A stretch of DNA of 64,000 nucleotides from Octopus sinensis (taxonomy: Eukaryota): assembly GCF_006345805.1 (NCBI RefSeq), contig NC_042998.1:48422001-48486000 (forward strand), written 5' to 3'. Positions 25,331 through 39,374 of the stretch are shown here, piece after piece. Every line of letters starts with the position of its first letter. Positions within the stretch are counted from its first letter, which is position 1. The notes under the pieces are model-generated. The model was given only the letters and a program-made list of their open reading frames with translations, was not told the origin of the DNA and did not search any database. Position numbers and translations under genes: made by a program.

Positions 25331-25335
<5 letters not shown>
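25137..25335. mobile_element. Mariner-type MITE (decayed)
   Basis: TA-CGAAAGGGTGCTGAAAAGTTCCTG terminus; interior matches the reverse complement of 62885-63009. Confidence 0.6.
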
Positions 25336-25361
<26 letters not shown>

Positions 25362-25373
25362 CAACACACATAT

Positions 25374-25427
<54 letters not shown>

Positions 25428-25603
25428 TATATATGTATGTATATCTTTATGTACGTACATACTTATGTGTGTGTATGTGCATGTATATTCATATATAAAT
25501 ATATGCACACATACCTATATATTGTTATGAGCATAAATACATCTTTTCTTGTGTAAATATGGATAAATGTGTAAACCATGTGCTAATACATACATATATA
25601 TAT

Positions 25604-25663
<60 letters not shown>

Positions 25664-26259
25664 TTTTTGTTGTTTTCTTTCATCTGTGTGTGTACATTTG
25701 CGTTATGTGGATCTTTCTTTATGGGGGAAGAACGAATGCAGTTGCCTGCAACAAGAAGCCGTAGAAATGAGCTATTTAATTCGTGTTTTAGAGATCTACC
25801 TTTGCCTATAGTCGTGTGTGAATGCACGAAATATAATGTATTTGTATTTGTGGAAGCGGAAGTAACTGTTAGAGTGTGCATTGTGTGTTAAGACGGATCT
25901 AAACTAATTCCGTTCCGTTATGTTTGTTACTCGCGCATCAAATATTTCAAGGCATAAACTGCAGGCTATGGAGAACTTATAATAAAGGAATGTTATAAAA
26001 CGAATCCCAAATCGTCCGATGAATGTCCAACTGCAAAACAGAAAAAAAAATAAAATAAAATAATAAATAATAAATAATAAATAATGGGGAACATTTCATT
26101 TTCAACATTCCAATGAGTTCCATTGAGTTTTGGAAGCAAGGAATTATAAGCCTGCAGCTATAATTGAGAAATTCTCTTCTGCTGCATCTAATAGCATAAA
26201 TAATCTTTTTTTCACCGGCAGTAACAATTTAGTTCCAAAACAGTAATATTTTGTGTGTG

Positions 26260-26384
<125 letters not shown>

Positions 26385-27002
26385 TACGAATAGAGTCGTA
26401 GCGATGTTGACACACTGGAAACTGTAATTGCTTCTGGGAAAGGATGTTTTGCTATCAACCAGCCGCTAAATTAATATTTACATTTTCGTTTCCTCCAAGA
26501 TTACAGACAAGTTCATTGCTCGGTCACTTATGTGTTTTCTAGTTGTAACACATTTTACTGAGACAAACTACGTTTGAAATGTGGAATGTCTTGGAACCAG
26601 ACGAGATTGATTTCAAAGTACAAGAAAAATTCTTTTTTTCTTTTTTCTTTTCGAAATGAAAAAAAAAAAAAAGGAAAGTATTATTACGCAAAGAAAAGAA
26701 GAAAAAAAAGCCAGTCAAATTTTACTTGAAAATCAAAACCGAAATATTATGAAATAATCAATGTCCCGTTGCGCTGCTGCTGCTGCTGTTGTTGTTGTTG
26801 TTGTTATTGTTGTTATTGTTGTTGTTGTTGTTGTTGTTGTCGTTGTTGTTGTTGATAACGCTGCGGGTGCTGCGGATGCTACGGGTGCTGCTACTGCTGT
26901 GGCTGACGTCACTATTGTTGTTGCTACTTTGTGGTTCTTGTTGCTGATATTGCCGTTGTTGTTGCTGTTGTTGCTGTAGCTGAAAGATATGGTCTTTATT
27001 GA

Positions 27003-27235
27003 AGGCTGCGAGCTGGCAGAAACATTAGCACGCCGGGCGAAATGCTTAGCGGTATTTCGTCTGCCGTTACGTTCTGAGTTCAAATTCCGCCGAGGTCGAC
27101 TATGCCTTTCATCCTTTCGGGGTCGATAAATTAAGTACCAGTTACGCACTGGGGTCGATATAATCGACTTAATCCGTTTGTCTGTCCTTGTTTGTCCCTT
27201 CTGTGTTTAGCCCCTTGTGGGTAGTAAAGAAATAG
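27003..27235 (+). mobile_element. SINE family A, full length
   Basis: Near-consensus copy. Confidence 0.85.
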
Positions 27236-29645
27236 ATATGATCTTTATTGTTGTTGTTATTGTTGTTGTAGTAGTTGTCGTTGTAGTTGCTATAATTTAT
27301 TCTTGATGTTGTCATCGTCGTGCTTGATGTTGTCGTCGTTTATTAAAGCATTCCAATCATGACCATCCCATCTTATTATCTATCTAGGACAAGATTCTTC
27401 AACGTGCCTTAATGTCTTATCTTTTGAATTGGTCGTTCGTGATTTGAGTCAGTTTGGCGACTATTTCTTGAAAGTCGAGTAACCGCATTAATCCTCCTTC
27501 ATTGGCATGTACCTCTGAGTTCCGAATAAAATTGTAAACTTCATTTTCTTGGTAAGCAGAATACTTTGCAGTAGTGTCCTCTTATGAACATAAAATTTGT
27601 TTAAAAACCTGCAAACTAAAGTAGAGTCGGAGATGTCGCAGTCTCAGCGTGTCTGTGCATCATGAACCACGGCATGCCCATGCCTCCTTTTAACGGGTGT
27701 TAGCAGCAAGCGGATGGCCTGACCATCGGAATGCATCCTTTCGACGAGAAGCGGAAGAGAATGCGTTTCAGTTTGGTGATGGTAGGGTCGGGACAAGACA
27801 CGACGGTCAGGCAGTTGTAGATGACGGACGCGATGTACGTGTTCGCCACCTCCGCCTGACCTTTTAGGGACAGCTTCCTATTCCCGGGCGAGAGTGACCA
27901 CCCTATTCGTTATCTCATTCCAGTTCTTCTCCGTTTGGAGATCCGGGCCAAACCAGACCCCGAGCAACTCGACCAGACAGTCGGTCCAGCGTCCCCGGAC
28001 GGAGGCGCTGGTGGACGGCATGGGCTTGCTTCTCTAGGTGCCAAGCCGCAAGCATACTGACTTTTCCCGGTTGATTTTCGCTCCTATTACCGCTTCGTAG
28101 TCTTTCAGTGTCTCGCCGACCAACTCGATGTGCTTCTGGCTAGACACTGTGAGGGTGGCGTCGTCCGCGTGTGCGGACACGCTCGTCCCGCATCCCAATT
28201 CTCGCGGGATGCCCTTCAGTGACGCCAGCTTCCGCAGTAGTGGCTCGAGAGTCAATACCGCGAATTACCAAACGGATGTCTCTGTACAAGGCAGCTATCC
28301 AGCCGCGGAAGACGGGACCGAAACCAGCTGCTATGAGGACAACCTCCAAGTATCGATGATCTACCCCATCGAAAACTGTGGATTGATCCAAATTTATCAG
28401 CCCCACCCCCACCACACCCCATGCCAGGTTCCTTAACTACCTTGTCTATGATGTAGCGCATAAGATGGAGTTTGTCATGGATGCTCTGGCGCGGCACGGC
28501 GCCCGTTTGCACCTTGTTGACCAGTTTCTCGATGACAAGAGCCAACCTCTTCGCTAACACATTGGCCAAAATTTTCAAGTCTGCATTGAGCAGAGTAATG
28601 GGCCTAAAGTTATCTATTACGTCCTCCTTGTTTGGATCTTTCTTTAGCAGCGTTGCGGCTCCTCGGCTCACAAAACCGGGGATGCTCCTGTTTTGCTGCC
28701 AAGTGCAGTATACTGCTGCCAAGACGTCTCCAAACAAGTCTGGCATACAAGTGTAAAGCTCGTAGGGTAGACATCCAAACTCGGCGATTTGTCCCTCGGG
28801 CATTCTGCCATAGCATCCCGCACTTCCGCCACCGTAATGGCACCTTCGCAGCACTCTGCCTCTTTTGTCGAGAGTCGTGGCAGGCTGTGCAGGTAGGCAC
28901 TAAAGTCCACCCTACGTTTTCACTCGCCACTCGTCACGAAGAGTCGGGCAAAATGAAAGGCCTCACACATTTTACTTGGCTTGAGTAATTCGCGCCCCTG
29001 TTTATCTACCAGAGACTGCATGGTTGCTTTGTTGCCCTGTTGCGCCTTCGCCACTCAGGCCTCTCGTACGGCTCCAACACCTTCGTTCCTTAGAGCACGC
29101 ATCCTAGCCCTGACAACATACCCTCTGTGTTTGGCTTTGAAGTGTTGGTCGAGGGTTACCTCACCGCCAAAAAGTCGGATGCAAAGCCTCTTCTAATCGC
29201 CTTTTCTAGCTTCTTAACTAGGTCACCCTCTACTCTGTTTCTATCTATGGCTAGTGCTTTGCTAAACCTAATCGCTTCTGCTTTTATTGCTCTCTTGGGG
29301 GCAAACCACCATTTGTTGTTGATATTGGCTTCCGTCAAAGGCCTCTTTACTAGCATGCTAGCCCAGTCTCTGGAAACCTGTCTCGGCGAGAAAGACGCGT
29401 TGAATCTCGAGCAACCGAGGCCTTGCCTATCTAAGTCTAGCGTACACGTCACAAGTTTGTGATCCGTGTAGCTGACTATGTGGAATTGTGGACACCCTAC
29501 GCTATCTCTGTCTACTGTCCTACACAGTATCCTATCTAGATACGATCTCGACGACCCGATGCGGTTGCTCCATGTCCACGTTGGCGTATTCGGGTGGTCG
29601 AGTGGGTACCTGTCGGACAGTTGAAAGCGTCTGAGCAAGTCTCTA

Positions 29646-29913
29646 AGGCATTTGCATCCCCCGTCTATTCCTATCTCTGCCCACGTAGTCTAGATGCGTG
29701 CCCAAGGGAGCATTCCAATCCCCCACTAAAAGTAAAGGCATTTGCATCCCCGTCTATTCCTATCTCTGCCCACGTAGTCTAGATGCGTGCCCAAGGGAGC
29801 ATTCCAATCCCCCACTAAAAGTAAAGGCATTTGCATCCCCGTCTATTCCTATCTCTGCCCACGTAGTCTAAATGCGTGCTCAAGGGAGCATTCCAATTCC
29901 TCACTAAAAGTAA
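29646..29913. repeat. Three tandem copies (90, 89, 89 bp) inside the Tx1 endonuclease domain
   Basis: Unit AGGCATTTGCATCCCC...CACTAAAAGTAA starts at 29646, 29736 and 29825. Confidence 0.95.
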
Positions 29914-30148
29914 AGGCCGTGCCACTACCGCCCATTCTCGGCAGACAGGGAGAAAAATGTTCGCCAAACATGAACTTTAGGGCCCGTGGATTACGGAGTC
30001 TGGTCTCACTTTTTAATACATATGACTTTATGTCGCTTAAGAGATACCCTTGTTTCCAAGGGGACCCCAAACCCCGCGCATTCACACAACCGATCTTGAT
30101 CATAATCCTAATGATGTGTGTTCAGACACTAATGATAGGAACAGAGAG

Positions 30149-30625
30149 TCACCGTTCGAAAGTTTTTGTCTCCTTTGATTTTTCCTCGAGGAGATCACTA
30201 TAAAGTGTTTTGGAAGAGTACTTCTGGCATCTTCCAACCGTATTGGAATAAATGGATTTTAGTGTGTGGTGCAGGGGTGGTGTGATGTGCAATATTTTAA
30301 TGTGTTCTGGTGGTGTTGTGTATGTTAGGTTTGTTTTTGTGTTGATGTATTCCATCAACTCTGTAATTTTCATGTTGATGTCAGTGAGCATTGTGTGTGT
30401 ATATGTTTTTGAGGTGTTGTTGTTGGTGTTGGTGTTGTGTGTACTAGTGTTGGTGTTCGAAAAGTTTTCGGGAGTTGTGTATCTCCCTACTTTGTTTTTT
30501 GCGTTTGCGTTTCGTTTGGTTCAGTTCTTGCTCCTCTTCCTCCTCCCTTTTCTGGCTATTTGCCATTCCTCACTGCTTTCGTCTTCCGACAAAATTTCTG
30601 AGGAATCGAAAGGAGGTAGGGGCAT
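30149..30625 (-). pseudogene. Putative short ORF1 of the Tx1 element with one in-frame TGA
   Basis: MPLPPFDSSEILSEDESSEEWQIARKGRRKRSKN*TKRN...MLTDINMKITELMEY...TFER* is one frame of 159 codons, ending 45 nt before the ORF2 ATG. Confidence 0.5.
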
Positions 30626-30730
30626 GTTGTAAGCTTCTATGTATGTTTGTGTAAGTGGTTGTGTTGTTGTTGACTGTTTGTGTGGTGTATGTGATAGATA
30701 GATAGATGGTTGTGTGCACGTGTGTGTGTA

Positions 30731-30788
<58 letters not shown>

Positions 30789-30916
30789 CGCATGGTTAAG
30801 TGGTTAGGGTGTTCCACTCACGACCGGAGATCATGGTTTCAATTCCTACAGCAGGTGGTGCAGATCGTTCGGCAAAAGCTGAACACTCATACGTCATCTT
30901 CGATGAATGAGTCTGT

Positions 30917-30955
<39 letters not shown>

Positions 30956-30965
30956 ACACACACAC

Positions 30966-30999
<34 letters not shown>

Positions 31000-31034
31000 A
31001 TATATGTTTATGTATGTATGTATATATATGTATA

Positions 31035-31138
<104 letters not shown>

Positions 31139-31926
31139 CATTCTTTGCGTTCATATCTATATGAACGCAAGTCACCGTAAAATATGCCGCAAATAATCCC
31201 GTCCGACGACTCTCTGGCAATTCTGCTCTGGAATATTATTTCATATATCGACCCCGAGATGGACGAAAAACATAGATGACCTCGGTGGTATTTAAACTTA
31301 GAAAGCTAGAAACCGGAATAAATATTGCAAAGCGTTTTGTATGATATGCTAACAGGTCACTATCCTGATTGGCTGGTTGGCTCGTATCCTAACAACTAGG
31401 AGAGCTGTAGTAGCCATAATGTACACATAACTATACGTTGAGAGATAGTTTCCATAGCACATAACTATACATTGAGAGACATATTCTGAAAAAAAAGAAC
31501 TAAAATTATTGAAAATTCTTGAGTTGTGGCGATGGTATTGATTTGGTAAGAAGGAAATTCGGTTATAAGAGAGAATGATAGGAACAAAGTATTGTGTCAT
31601 ATAATTTGTTTGGATAGAAAGCATTTTAAACTGTTCCTGGTTCACAGCAACGTGTGTTTGTAGTTAGGAAAATGTAGACTAGGAAAATGTTCTTTGGCAC
31701 ACGCTGTTTACCAACTTTTCTTTTACAACTACGAACGTCTGTGATCATACAGAGACGCAAGACATCCTCCCACACACAAACACATTCTCACATACATATA
31801 CATAGACATGCACTCACTCGAAATCATAAACAGCAAACATTAAACATACAGGAACGCCGCGTACAGACACGCGCGCGTGCACACAGACACATGCAGATAT
31901 ATGTATGTTTATATCTATAAGCGTGT

Positions 31927-31989
<63 letters not shown>

Positions 31990-32250
31990 CTGCTATTATA
32001 AATACATATTGATGTATACACACACACACACACACACACATTATATATATGTATATATATTATATATATATATACATACATATATAGATATGTATATAGA
32101 CAGATAAGTATATATGCATACATATAAATATATATCAATTTATATATTTATATTATATATATATATTATATATTTATATGAATGTATGTATACACACACA
32201 CATAGATAGATAGACATATATATATATGCTTATATATATATATATATATG

Positions 32251-32283
<33 letters not shown>

Positions 32284-32897
32284 CATTTGTATATATACAC
32301 ACTCACATATGTATACATGTGTGTGTATGCATGTACAAGCAGACACACAGACACACAGACATATCAGCATTTATGCGCATGTGTGCATTAATTATTGAAA
32401 AACTGAAATGCATATTTTGGGAAAACCTTATCTGTATAATAGACACAAAGTATAAAGATAAAATTATTTCAATTTATTCAATCAAAGATAAGAATTCCCC
32501 CCCATTCTTTCATCCGAACACCATTCTCTCGTCCGCTTCTATATTTTATCAGTCGTTCTACGAGTTCCACTGTCTGTTTGTCTGGTTATTCGTTTCTCTT
32601 TTTAGCCATCTGGCCAGCTAGCCGCATAGATTTCTGACCATTTCGTTAATTCTCTCTCTCTCTCTCTCTCTCCCCTCCCTCACTTTCTCTTACTCTGTCA
32701 GTATATATGGAGGTGTTTGGCGGAAGTGGCGGTGGTGGTGGTGGTGGTGGATGTGCGTGCTTGTGTATGCTTGTGTCTGTGCGTGTATGAACGAATATGA
32801 GTGTGTGTGTGTGCAAATGTGTGCTTGTGTAAGAGCATTTTTTGAATACCTGTATACGTATGTGTGTATGTGTATGAATACACACGCACAAGCACAC

Positions 32898-32929
<32 letters not shown>

Positions 32930-32931
32930 GC

Positions 32932-32986
<55 letters not shown>

Positions 32987-33093
32987 GAGATAGAGAGAGA
33001 GAGAGAATGTGAGAGATGGAGAGAGAGAAAGCAGAGAGGGAGTAATATGCAAACGTATTTACATGTAACACTTGCCAAGCAAATACAGCTACG

Positions 33094-33126
<33 letters not shown>

Positions 33127-33251
33127 TGTATGTATGTATGTATGTATGTATGTGTGTATGTGTATATATGTATGTGTATATATGTATGTATATGTATAAT
33201 ATGTATATATATATATATGTAAGTATATATATATATATATATATGTATATG

Positions 33252-33328
<77 letters not shown>

Positions 33329-34984
33329 ATATATTACATTACATCATGGTTTCAAATTTATAGGAAAAGGGAATATGAGATTTCCTGGCATTTCATACAA
33401 ATGCCTATATATTCATAATTCTAAGCTAGCTGGAGAACTCAGCTCACCAGGTGATCGCTTCTATTCTATAACAATCGCTATAGATCACTCAAGGGGGTGA
33501 TATTATATTTTATTCACTCGTACGAATATTGCAAGTAAATTCTCGCATGTATCTATAACTATCTACTTATTCATACATACGTAGGAATGCACATGTAATA
33601 GACAGTACTAATAAACACCGAATTATGCAAGTTGAGTTGGGTATTTCCTGCTGAAGCAATTTTCGATTTGTATTAGTAACGGCATGGCTCATAAAATCCA
33701 TAACTGGCATGCACACTACCGTATAAATAGAAACTATCGGTCAGCAACACGCCTCCATACTGTCGACTTGAATAATTCGTCCACGGAAACTGTGACGTTG
33801 AAAGGTAGATCGATAGAATAAAAACCAGAACCAAAACAAAGACATCACGGCGAGATGTAGTTTATTTTTATCTGTGTATTTATCAATTTATATATTTACT
33901 TGTTTTGCTACTCGAAATGTCTATTTTTAACGAGATGCCATCGTATATCGCTTTATCTTACTGAACAATACATTTCAAATAATTATCATATTGATAATTT
34001 TATTAAAGCCATATATTGAAAAAGAAAAAAAGAAGAAAGAAAAAAGGAAACTAAAACATTTGCAATTCTGACCGGCCATCTTGATATCTCTTGTTTAAAC
34101 AACACCATATTCGTAACCCATTATACGGGACTGATGATCTACTGTTGATAGTGTCCTGTGATGGAATAGACGAAAGTTAATGAAAATTTCTGACCTCATG
34201 CTATTGGCTACACGAAAAAAATCCATTATTTTATGTACTATACCATATTCATTTTATTTATCTAATTTTTTCCTTCATATCGCAGAGAGCTTCGAAGTAT
34301 TCCATCACTGTTCAGTCGTTATTATTTCCATCACAGACATTATCCCCGTCTCTTAGCACCAGTATCATCATCACAACTGTTTATCGGTGAGAGATTGTGA
34401 CTCGTGGCAGGTTTCACTTCGTAATAGCTCAGCATTTCTGATTATTTTCTTGATAAAGATAATCCGGAAATGAATATAACGACATTAATAGCAACATTAA
34501 TAATCACAGTAATAAATAATTTCTTTATTTGCCACAAGGGCTACGGAGAAGGAGGCATTTCGTGGAAAAATTACGGAGCTGGATAAAGAACTATCAATTC
34601 AGGGCTATTGGTTAGCGGAATTAGAACGAGAGATCAGATGTCCAGCGGTACTTGCTTACGTTCTTTGCATTCTGGACTATATTTCCTTCATAGCTTATTT
34701 GACTGGTCAACTTAATTTGTCACTCGGTTTAGCACCACAACCTTAGGTACCTTTAATGGAGTCCACAGTTGAAAGCACGAGGGTTATGTCTCCGATTTAA
34801 GTTTGCCTTCCTCTTTCCTTCCCAACAGTCTCGGTGGGTGGGGAATGGCCATTTGAGCAAGTCAAGTAACCCCACAGATTTATTATTACTCTGACTACAA
34901 AGGGCGAGTGCCCTCTCTCAGTTTTATTCTCCGCTCTGGAGGCGCATACCATCTACTTGTTCTGGTTCGACTGCACGAGGCAAA

Positions 34985-35850
34985 CGAGATGCTATCAAAA
35001 AGCTCCCGGATAAATTATGTTTAATAAAAAAATAACTCATTTACCTAAATTTAAATATCATCTCCTTCGAAATAGTCACCTTGCGCAGCAATACACCAGT
35101 CCCAGCGTTCCTATCACTTTTGGAATCAGGCCCGGAAGTTGTTTTCCGTAAGCGAGTCGAGAGATTTCTGCGATTCACTGCGGATCTCGAGAACGGTATT
35201 AAAGCGGTGACCTTTGAGCTGCGTTTTCATCCTGGAGATGAGATGGGATGGGATGGGATGGAAAGCCGCAGCGCTAATTCTGGCGAATAGGACGGGTGCG
35301 GAGCGATGCCATATCGTTTTTGGCGAGAAACTCACGTGTGAGGAGATCTCAGTGAAAACTTGAATTCTTCGCTCTCCACAGATCCTGTCGCTTTCGCCGA
35401 ATGACCTCCCACAAACGCTTCAAAGCGTTGCAGTAGAACTCTCGATTGACGGTCTAGCCCTGGGGGACGAATTCTCTATGCACAATACCACGTTTCCGGG
35501 GACGATACTCTTGACAGGTCTTCCAGATCGTTCATCGTCTTCCAAGGATGTTCTTCCGTTTTTGAAGCGCCCGTGCTACTCGAAATAATATTGCGCACGC
35601 TCCATTACCTCGTCACCGTAAGCTTGCCGATGCATGCTCAATGTTTCTGTAGCAGACTTCTCGAGTTTAACGTAAAATTTCGCATTTATTCTTTGTTGCT
35701 GTCCATGGCAAAGTTGCAGACTACAATATATACGTGATCACAAAAACATAAATTTCACCAATCGTGAAGTAAAGACAGTGATCTCACTTGGCACACTACC
35801 TCATAAAGGTCACTGCTAGCTCTCATTGCGTGTTATTTGTAAGTTTTGCA
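34985..35850 (-). mobile_element. Mariner transposon relic with internally deleted transposase
   Basis: Minus frames: QQRINAKF.VKL.KSATET, RFKNGRTSLEDDERSGRP, [deletion], GIVHREFVPQG.TVN.EFY, HPSYSPEL, C-terminus CIAAQGDYFEGD; TIR CGAGATGCTATCAAAAAGCTCCCGG at 34985. Confidence 0.88.
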
Positions 35851-35976
<126 letters not shown>

Positions 35977-37870
35977 GTCCAGGTTCTTAAATGTCGATTC
36001 CTTGTTATTGTTGTTGATTCGTTATTAGTTGGTGTTAGTAGAAGTGACGTTATTTTTTGTTTTGTTTGTTTTCGTAGCTGCTGTTTCCCAGGAGACAAAA
36101 ATGGTCTGAAATAGTTAGTGACTTTCTGTTTTCCACTTATAACCTTCATCATAGAATCTCCAGCTGAATTTTCAGGCATTTCTCAATGAAAAAGAAGAAA
36201 AGTGTACTACCTCTACGTGTTGTTCTATTGTCAAAGTTACTGGTAACGCATTAAGAACAGTAACTTTGGTAAACCAACGATTCGTAAAGGTTGGAATTAG
36301 TTAAAATTTCTTCGAGTCACTTGGATTACTGGAATGCTTTTATAATTCTTTATCATTTTGGGGCAAGTCATCCAGTGATCCTTAATATTTCTTAAAGTAT
36401 TAAAGGGTACTTCACTCCCACACACATTCCAGTTACTTTCCTGCCGCGAGTAAAAGGTTTGTACCCACTTTTATACACCAATAAGTAACTGTACCTTCTT
36501 TGGAAAGACGCAGATTATTCTACGGAAGCGCTTGTTTAGCCTAAGGCTTTTTATATAAAGCTTCACATGCCTAGTATATTCACGTTTGAGAAAGGGCGCG
36601 ACTGCGTACAGTCCAAATGTAGGTAGCTGTTACAAATGAGTAGCATTTCTTAGAGCTACTATCGTTTTTATTGTCGTCGTTGCTCTTTTTCTAATGTTAA
36701 TAAAGTTTCTTCTGTTGTTGGGGTGTTGTTGTCGTAGTCATTATTGTTGCTGTTGTTGTTGTTGTTGCTTACAGCGGTATCTCAAAACTATGTTATGCCA
36801 TAGTATTAGTGGCGTTGTCAGAGTTAATGCCTACACAATTCTCAGGGAAAATTTTTCGGATAAAGTCACCTTTCCTCTTTGGCAGGCAAAATTTTCAAGC
36901 TAAATGACTGCTTCAGCGTTATCTCTCCCACGGACCGCGCCTCACATGAAATGTCAAACTTGCTGACATTTTAATAAAAAAACATTTGTCCACAGGCCGC
37001 AAACGATGGAGAGAAAATAACCGAACCACCCTATAATTAGGGTAAAATTGGGGAGTTTTCCAATTCCCTTTTTCTCTAGAATGTCTTAAATGATTACAAC
37101 TATTATGAAAAAGAATAAAAGACAAATTTTTCTTTGGAGAAATTTATGAAAACCAGCGTATTAATTACATAATATTAGTGTTTATGATCAGAACAACTCA
37201 GAGATTATGGTAGTGGTGGTGGTGGTGGTGGTGGTGGTGGTGATGATGATGAAGATGATGATGATAATGATGATGGTGAAGGTGGTGGTGGTGGTGGTGG
37301 TGTGGTGGTGATGATGATTCTATTGTTCAAAGTGTAAGGATATTTAGCCAGGATATTGGTATGCAGTTTGGGATGAATGAGTATGCAGTATTAATTATGA
37401 AGACAGGTCGAAAGATTAAATCTGATGTGATAATGATATCATGAAACAATACCAATATATTACTGAAAGAGAGTGAGCGATACAAGTATATTAAAGCGCC
37501 GCAGAATGATAAAATAATGGAAAAGGAAAGAAAATGTCTCAAAACTAGTATAAGTGAAGGATTAGGAAGTTGCAGTGTGGAAGACGTCCGTTAACTTCAC
37601 TTTAACCATTATCTTTTGGTTCCAAAATCTTCGTAGCACTAATTACAACCTGGTCACTAGCATGATTCTACAGACAGTAGAATAATAACAAATGTTTAAG
37701 TTAACACTCTTTGTGTGTTTCTAAATGGTTAGAAAATATGTCTTCCGCGCTGCGATTGTTTTTTTATGATAGTTTCAACACAGTGCTTCAGAGAAAATCA
37801 CTTGATTCACAAGTACACCTCCGAAATTGGGAAGTTGCTTAAAAAAAACTAAATGGGAGACGAAATACCT

Positions 37871-38284
37871 ATTTCTTTACTACCCAAAAGGGGCTAAACA
37901 CTGAGGGGACAAACAAGGACAGACAAACGGATTAAGTCGATTACATCGACCCCAGTGCGTAACTGATACTTAATTTACAAACCCCGAAAGGATGAAAGGC
38001 AAAGTCTACCTCGGCGGAATTTGAACTCAGAACGTAACGGCAGACGAAATACCTATTTCTTTATTACCCACAAGGGGCTAAACACAGAGGGGACAAACAA
38101 GGACAGACATAGGTATTAAGTCGATTACATCGACCCCAATGCGTAACTGGTACTTAATTTATCGACCCCGAAAGGATGAAAGGCAAAGTCGACCTCGGCG
38201 GAATTTGAACTCACAACGTAACGCAGACGAAATACCGTTAGGCATTTCGCCCGGCGTGCTAACGTTTCTGCAAGCTCGCCGCCT
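37871..38284 (-). mobile_element. SINE family A tandem: one head, two bodies
   Basis: After the first tail AAGAAATAG the sequence restarts at internal GTATTTCGTCTGCCG and runs to a second tail. Confidence 0.85.
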
Positions 38285-38631
38285 TCAATGGGATTTAATA
38301 CCACTAAGGTAGACAATACCCAGCCCATGCAAGTACTGACATAATCTGACTCCTTTTCAAAGTAGACAAAGACTGATTTACAGAAATTGAATCGAAGAAC
38401 TAATCCCTACTTCCAGATATCCGGTCTCCAGTGTCTATAGTGTTGCTGAAGCATCGAATAAATAAATGCCTTGCGTTGCTTGTCCCGACTCCTTGCTTTC
38501 TAGTTTTCAATCATGCCGAGGACAGTTTTGCCTATCGATAAAATAAAGTACCTATCATGTGCTGGATTCCATGATATTGACTTACATCCTCCCGTCTAAA
38601 CTAATGGATTATGTGTCTAAATCAAAATCAC

Positions 38632-38662
<31 letters not shown>

Positions 38663-38668
38663 ATTATT

Positions 38669-38718
<50 letters not shown>

Positions 38719-39049
38719 TATTATTATTATTATTATTATTATTAATATTATTATTATTATTATCCACTTCACTCAATTTTGTTTCAATTTCTTGCCGAGT
38801 GCCTTCTCGACGCCTAGGGCAAAGGCACTCACTGCATACATTGGTAGGCCGTTAAAATAAACATACCAGATTGTTCATTTACAAAGTCATGCGGGAGAAA
38901 AAAAAAAGGGAAAGAAAGAGAGAAAGGAAAAGCAAAGATAAAATAGAAAAAAGAAAACGAAGAAAATAAGGGAGGAAAAAGAAAGGAAATTCACAGCTAC
39001 AATGCTATCCTCAATACGTGTGACATATTTTTATTATTATTAATATTAA

Positions 39050-39097
<48 letters not shown>

Positions 39098-39113
39098 CAC
39101 TATTATTACTTAA

Positions 39114-39325
39114 GGCGGCGAGCTGGTAGAATCGTTAGAAAGCTAGACGAAATGCTTAGCGGTATTTCGCCCGTCGCTACGTTCTGTGTTCAAATCCCGC
39201 CGAGGTCGACTTTACTTTCATCTTTTCAGGGTCGATAAATTAAGTACCAGTCCAACACTGAGGTCGATGTAACCGACTCATCACATCCCCCAAAATTGCA
39301 GCCCTTGTGCTAAAAAATTTGAAAC
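39114..39325 (+). mobile_element. SINE family A-related copy (alternative tail)
   Basis: Family A head and core between (TAA)n tracts. Confidence 0.75.
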
Positions 39326-39326
39326 A

Positions 39327-39367
<41 letters not shown>

Positions 39368-39374
39368 CATTATT

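Larger units (their letters stand above)
27618..30700 (-). mobile_element. Tx1-clade non-LTR retrotransposon, 5' end retained, 3'-truncated, decayed
   Basis: ORF2 from 30103: APE start IGCVNARGL, TWTWSN, SYLDRI, YTDHKLV; RT NFRPITLLNADLKILA, LINLDQS..FD.VDH, SAHADD, KINREKS; LLGVWFGPD, RKLSLKG.AEVAN; multiple frameshifts. Confidence 0.92.

Noticed and set aside
34128-34200. TGATGA...CTGA box C/D snoRNA-like pattern
   Set aside because: No terminal stem or recognisable guide.
33721-34366. TATA box, Inr-like TCAGCA and two possible non-coding exons
   Set aside because: TATA-to-Inr distance is only ~21 nt and such motifs are frequent in AT-rich DNA.
36771-36906. Frame GISKLCYAIVLVALSELMPTQFSGKIF resembling an MFS/SLC22 segment
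   Set aside because: Ends in a stop, with no other supporting exons; similarity too weak.
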